Shown: piece by piece, positions 58,572 through 64,000 of the stretch | Layout of the letters: each line of letters starts with the position of its first letter | How positions within the stretch are numbered: position 1 is the first letter of the stretch | Assembly: GCA_025558095.1 (NCBI GenBank) | Contig: JAIVFI010000038.1 | Coordinates: forward strand, 124,001 to 188,000 | Direction: 5' to 3' | DNA length: 64,000 nt | Origin: Hyaloraphidium curvatum SAG 235-1 | Taxonomy: Eukaryota > Fungi > Monoblepharomycota | Program-made: the position numbers and the translations under genes | Notes under the pieces: generated by a model | Database searches by the model: none | Told to the model about the DNA's origin: nothing | What the model saw: only the letters and a program-made list of their open reading frames with translations

Positions 58572-61417
58572 CTACAATGACGTATTGCTCAGCTGCGCCG
58601 CAACGAGCAGGAGGATCTGCTGCTTCGTCTTGCCGACGTTCGCCGTCGCTTTGGCGGTCGGCGCCCATACCTCGCCGTACTTGGGTTCTGCGGCCGTGCA
58701 TTGGTCGATGACGTCCTTTTGCTGCTCCGAGGTGCCGTGCTGCAGCTCGAAAGTGTACCACCAGGCCCAACCGTCGCCCCAATGCGGATCCGTCTTGGTC
58801 GTGCGCTGGAACCAGTTTCGCGCCTTGTCCACCTTGCGCTCGGCCCAGAACAGGCGGGCAATAACGCACACCACGTGCGCATCGTTCTCGCACTTTTTGA
58901 GCGCATCGGCCGACTTGGATTTCCGCAAGGGCCGGGGCTCCATCAGGATAGCCTCTGCCCAGAGGGCGCCGGCAGACGGGCACTCCTGAAGCGCTTTCGC
59001 AAGCAAAGCTTTGGCCATCGCAGCGTTGTTGCCGCGGACTTCCAGCTTCACGGCCTCCAACCAAAGCTCCGGCACCTTGGGGTTGAGCAGTCGGGCGCGC
59101 TCCAAAAGCGCACGCCCGCGAATGAGAAGGCCTGCTTTCTCCTCCAGGCGCGACGCCAGAATCCAAAGCGGAATAGACTTGGGGCACGCCTTGACGGCCC
59201 TTGCGTAGGTCTCCCGGCCCCTGTTTAGGTCCCCAAGATCGTCCGACTCGATCTGCCCCTTGATCATCCAAAGCTTGTCGAAATCAGGGTACTTTTCGAT
59301 CGCACTGTCGAGCAGCTCCAGGGCCGCCTCGTAACGCTTTTGCGTCCGCTCAAAGACGGCGGATTTCATCCAAACGCGCCGGGTAGAGGCCTGTTCCCGC
59401 GCCCTGGTCAGCAACGTCCTGGCGCGCTCAACCTCGCCGTTCTCGCTTTCCAGCTTCACCGCGGCGAGCCAAATGTCTTCGGAATCCGGATTGGCCCGGA
59501 AAGCCTCGGCCAGGATGACCCTGGCGCCCGCGACGTCCCCTCCCAGCCACTTCTCCTTGGCCGCCATAAGCCACAGCACTTCCGCCTGCGGGCAGTAGCC
59601 CACAGCCCGCTGCAAGAGCTCCTCCAGGCTCTCGCGCGTCCCGTGCTGCTTCTCGAGGAACGCTGCTTTCTGCCACACTTCCTTGCGATTGGGGTAGGTT
59701 TTCAGCGTGTGGGCGTAGATTGTCCGGGCGGTTTCGACGGCGTTGGAAGCGAGGAAACGCTCGGCATCGTCCATCCACGTTCTCCTCTGGTCTGCGTCCT
59801 CGATGTCCAGGCCGATGGTGGCCCTCACAATCGCCTGGCATGTGACCGGGTAACCCTCTTTCTCGCTCCTTTCCGCCTCCGCAAGCCACTGATCCCGGTC
59901 CAGCACGGTGCCTTTCTGCGAAAGGGCAGTTACGGCGCGGCTGATGATCGTGTCGACCATCTTCATGTTCTGTTGCTGCTCCTCCAAGCGCGCTGCGGCA
60001 ATCCAGATCTCGTGGCTCGTGGGAATTGCGGCGCGGCCTCTGTTCAGCACCTTCTTGGCGCTGTCGTACGTTTCCAGCCGTGCGAGTGCGAGCCACAGGT
60101 CCACAGAGATCGGAACGCATTCCACCGCACGCGACAGCAGGATCCTCGCATCTTCCGGGTCCTCCTCCAGCGACACCGCAGACTTCCACAGCGAAACGGA
60201 GTTGGGGATGAACTCGAGCGCGCGGCGGATAACTCGCTTCTTGCTCTTTACGTCGTGCTCGAAATCCATCGCCTTCAGCCAGATTCGCACCGACTGCGGC
60301 AGATGACGCACGGCGTTGGCGAGTATGATCTTGGCGTTCTCCGGGGTGTTGAGGCGCGCCGCCTCGAGCCAAACGTCTTCCGACTTGGGGCACTCCTCGC
60401 AGCCTTTGGCAATGATCTCCCTGGCCCCGATCAGCTTGCCCATGATCTCTTCAAGGCGCGCTGCGGCGATCCAGCCAGGAGCGTGCTTCGGGTTTGTTGT
60501 GATGACGGATTTGAGCAGCGTGCGGGCCTTCTTGTAGTCGGAAATGTCCGCATCCGACTTGATTTGGATGGAGCTCAGGTCCGTGAGGTAGCCTTTGGGA
60601 TCGACGGTGGTCTTTCCGCTGACCGAGTCCGATACCTGGTCCAGCTTTAGACCGAGGACCTGCCCTCGGGCCTGTCCGAACTGGACAAAGTCCGTGAGCG
60701 TCCCGTCCGGCGCTGGCGTCGCGATGCCACCAAGCCCTTGCTGGCGTGCATCCAAACTAGTTTCGTAGTCGTTCTGGCCCTGGGCTCTGAGCAACACGGC
60801 GTCGGGAACGGGGGTGAAGCGCTCCTTCTGGTTCGTCTTCTGGACCCCCTTCCTGCGGCTCAGATCCGAGGCTTCCGGTATCGCGGCCCACTCGTCCTCC
60901 GTAAGATCCGCCAAAGATCGCTTGATGTCGGCAAACTGTTGCTGGATCTTCGGCTTCTCTGCCCGCATCTTCTCCAGCTCCTCCTTCTCGCGCGCTTCCC
61001 GACGGGCCTTGCGCCGCTCGTCCATTTTGCGATCCACCATCTCCCAGATGCGGTCAGCTTCCTCATCGTCTGCCGATGGTTCGACCGCGATGGTGAGTGC
61101 CTGCGAAAGCGCAGCAGCGCGTCACTCTCACCGGCTTCGTAGGTGCCGCCCGCAAAGAGCCCCGTCTCGTTGTCCGGATCATTGTTTTCGTAGCGTTCTT
61201 CGTCCGCTGCTCCTCCACCTGCATCCGCGCCGCCTTCGTCGTCCCCATCGCGCTTCCGCTTCCTGTCCTCTAGGCCCTCCCCACGGCCGGCCGACTCGCG
61301 CGCCGGACCGATGTCGGAACGTGTCGTGAAGCCAGTTGCCCCACGGCCGAGGCCGGCAACGTAGCCGATTGGCGCAGGCTTGGACAGGAAGTCCTTGACC
61401 TTGACGTACTCGCTCAT
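58572..61417 (-). CDS. PRP6: Pre-mRNA splicing factor PRP6 (HAT repeats)
   Basis: [48 protein letters not shown] and [16 protein letters not shown]. One intron at about 61070-61131. Confidence 0.97.
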
Positions 61418-61537
61418 TGCGCGCGGCAGGGAGCAAGGCGGCCGGCGCGCCGTGTCATCATCCGCCCTCTTTCAAGTCAGGATGGCCAACCAACAGGATA
61501 CTTTGGATTGCTAACGTTCCGATATGACGGCGTCTAG

Positions 61538-63356
61538 CTACTTGTAGCGCTCCACGTCCTTCAGTTCCTTCATCGACTCCTGCACCCTCTTGATCATGCT
61601 CTCCTCCGCCTTGCGAACCCAGACCTACAGACGTGGACACATTAGCTCCGCAAAGGCCAACACCTAAAGGACGGTTCCTCACCCTGGGGTCGTCTGGATT
61701 TGATGATTGCGTGCGCAGCGGAGTGAGCTTCGTTCGGAACGGGCAAAGGCGGCGCTACCCACAGTACTTCTTGTTGGGCTTGTCCTCACCCTCGGGGTTG
61801 CCGATCTGGCCCTGGAGATAAGCCTTCTTGGACTCTGCAAACGCGGGTCCGTTGAGTAAGGATCAACCGACCGGGGACGCTGCCAAATGGTACCGTAGAA
61901 GTTCTTGAGGCCCTCCCTGAGCAAGGCATAGTAGGTCAGAGACTCAAATAGTAGAACGAGGTTGGAAGCAAACAACGCACCAGTACGCCCACTGGGTGTC
62001 GGTGTCAACGTTCATCTGCGCAGGGGGGGAAACAAGGGTTGATCCCAAGATGGGTGGGAGTGACAAACGCCTCACCTTCACAACGCCGTTCTTCAGCGCT
62101 TCCTGGATCTCGGCGGGCAGCGAACCGGAACCTCCGTGGAAAACGAACTTGACGGGGTGCTTGTCCTTGAGGCCCTTCTTTTCCGCGACAAATGCCTGGT
62201 GCTTGCCGAGCAGCTCGGGGTGCAGCTTGACGTTGCCGGCCTTGTAAACGCCGTGCACGTTGCCGAAAGCGGCAGCGATGGTGAAGAGGTCCGTAACCTG
62301 AATTGCAAGCCGGTAAGCACGATGGAGCGTTCCTCCGGCACCTCGCCCACCGGAGTAAAGGCATCGTAAATGTCAAGGATGTCCTGCGGCTGCGTGTACA
62401 GGGCAGCGTTGTCGACGTCCTCGTTGTTGACACCGTCCTCCTCGCCGCCAGTGATGCCGATCTCCATCTCCAGGAGGCAATCCATGGGCGCCATGCGCTT
62501 CAGGTACTTGAGGCAGATCTCGATGTTCTCCGCCTTGGGCTCCTCGGACAAGTCGAGCATGTGCGAGCTGAACAGAGGCTCGCCGTGCGCCTTGAAGTAC
62601 TCCTCGTCGGCGGCCAGCATGCCGTCGAACCACGGAAGGAGCTTCTTGGCGCAGTGGTCCGAGTGGACTGGGACGGATGTAAGGCCAACGCAAGGCCAAG
62701 CAGCGAGCCGAACCAACCAAAGACCGGGATGCCGTAGGCCGGCGCGACCGCGCGCACCAAATGAGCACCAGCAACGGCGCCGAGAATGGAGGCCTGCTGC
62801 TTGCTGTTGTCCAGACCCTTTCCGGCCATGAACTGCGCGCCACCGTTAGAGAACTGAATCATCACGGGGGAGTTGAGGTCCCGGGCGGCTTCCAACACGG
62901 CGTTGATGGTCGAGCTCGAGGTGCAGTTGAACGCCGGGATGGCGTATCCGTTCTGCCGAAGGGCGGTCAGTTCGGCCACGTCCAATCAGCCATCCCGGCC
63001 GCTCGGTGTTCCTCACGTCCTGCGCATGCTTGAGAACCGTCCTGGATGGGGTCGCAGACGGGATGTGAGGCGCGGTCGACCCCGAGCCTCCGCGACCCTT
63101 ACCGGACGTTCTTGCCCGTGATGACGCCGGCGGGGACGCCGAGCTCGGCGAGCTTGGAAGCAGCTCCAGCAGACGACCTGTATGGAAAGGCGGGCGCGTC
63201 AGCGCCGAATACAGGTCGCGGTGTTGAGCTCCGAAGATGCGGCGCCACTGGAGAGGCATGTCCCCCAGGCCGCCAACGGCCGGCGAGACGCGCCGGACGA
63301 TGCGCCGGCCGTGGCGGCGCAGCTCAGAAGGCCACCTGAGTAGGATTCACGCACAT
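61538..63356 (-). CDS. FBA1: Class II fructose-bisphosphate aldolase
   Basis: AIPAFN, IQFSNGG, HSDHC, HMLDLSEE, LEMEIGITGGEEDG, FGNVHGVYK, VFHGGSG and NVDTDTQWAY. About 10 introns. Confidence 0.96.
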
Positions 63357-63498
63357 TGTTTGGCCGCGCGGTCGGTTCGTGAGCGAAGATCGGGGTCCAC
63401 GCAGACGTGGCGTCCGTCACTCGTCAAGGGCCCCCGCACTCTTCAGGACCCAAGTCTGTACCTTCCCCAGGGGCCCGAAAAACAATCTAAGTTAAAGG

Positions 63499-64000
63499 AT
63501 GCCGACCTCTGTTGCTGTCATCGGCGCCGGGAGCGTTGGAGCCACAGCAGCCTGGTGAGCAGCGCGACCTGCTTCCGTCGAGTCAGGGCCTCACCGAATC
63601 CCCGGCCGCAGTGCGTGTTACAGCTCGGGCGGCCATGTCTTGGCCGCCTCCGATTCATGCATGTACGATTGGCTGATTCCGTGCCCTCCGACGCGTCTGC
63701 AGATGCCTGCGTGCTCGGGGGAGTTGGTGCCGAGGTCATCATGGTCGATGTCATGCCCGAGGTCGCCAAGGGCCAAGTTCTGGATCTCTCCGACGCCTCG
63801 TTCGTGAAGGGGGTCGACGTCAAGTTCGGCACCCTGCAGGATGCCGGTCAGGCATCGATCATTGTGGTGCGTAGCTTGACCCCTCGATTCAACCCCTTGA
63901 CCCCTGGTTACTGCTCCGCAGGTCACCGCAGGGGCTCGGCAAAAGGAAGGCGAAACTCGCATCGACGTAAAGTGGCCCGTAGCCCGTGCCATCCGTGGTG
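63499..64000 (+). CDS. ldh: L-lactate dehydrogenase (3'-truncated by the window end)
   Basis: VAVIGAGSVGATAA Rossmann motif, GQVLDLSDA, and spliced VTAGARQKEGETRID. The Gln at the specificity position indicates LDH rather than MDH. Confidence 0.9.

Noticed and set aside
1-64000. Bacterial contamination as the source of the bacterial-like genes (MscL, carboxylase, lactonase, GNAT)
   Set aside because: Most carry spliceosomal introns, and all are interleaved with core eukaryotic genes.

Overview
This is eukaryotic, GC-rich, very gene-dense DNA with many short (about 40-90 nt) GT-AG introns and a few GC-AG introns. Gene content and intron style suggest a fungus, probably an early-diverging chytrid/monoblepharid-like lineage (inference, not checked). 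About 29 protein-coding loci can be read after manual splicing. 0-27 kb is accessory-like: a sulfotransferase-like fragment, a hotdog thioesterase, an intron-rich MscL channel that the ORF track misses, a METTL24-like methyltransferase, a paraoxonase/SMP-30-like lactonase, a single-chain BC-BCCP-CT biotin carboxylase, an ABCC transporter, a CAMK-type kinase, a caleosin, a direct-repeat-flanked cassette (SnoaL fragment plus ACP-like gene), a carboxylesterase and a secreted Cys-rich protein. 27-64 kb is mostly housekeeping: DHR2-like helicase, SMYD5-like, SGS1, DGAT2, homeobox, NUP159, CCDC97-like, DBP10, FLX1, NPA3, Elongin A, PRP6, FBA1 and LDH. Best lead: the fused biotin-dependent acyl-CoA carboxylase has a perfect N-terminal PTS2 (RIDAVTRQL), and a nearby thioesterase (-ARL) and esterase (-ARM) end in PTS1-type signals, which hints at an undescribed peroxisomal acyl-CoA carboxylation route. 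Other leads are an ACP-fold protein with Thr in place of the phosphopantetheine Ser inside 143-bp direct repeats, a Nup159 with three RanBP2 zinc fingers, and DBP10 and CCDC97 only 17 nt apart. No rRNA, tRNA, CRISPR array or autonomous transposon was recognised. All family assignments come from motif recognition by eye, and exon boundaries are manual predictions.
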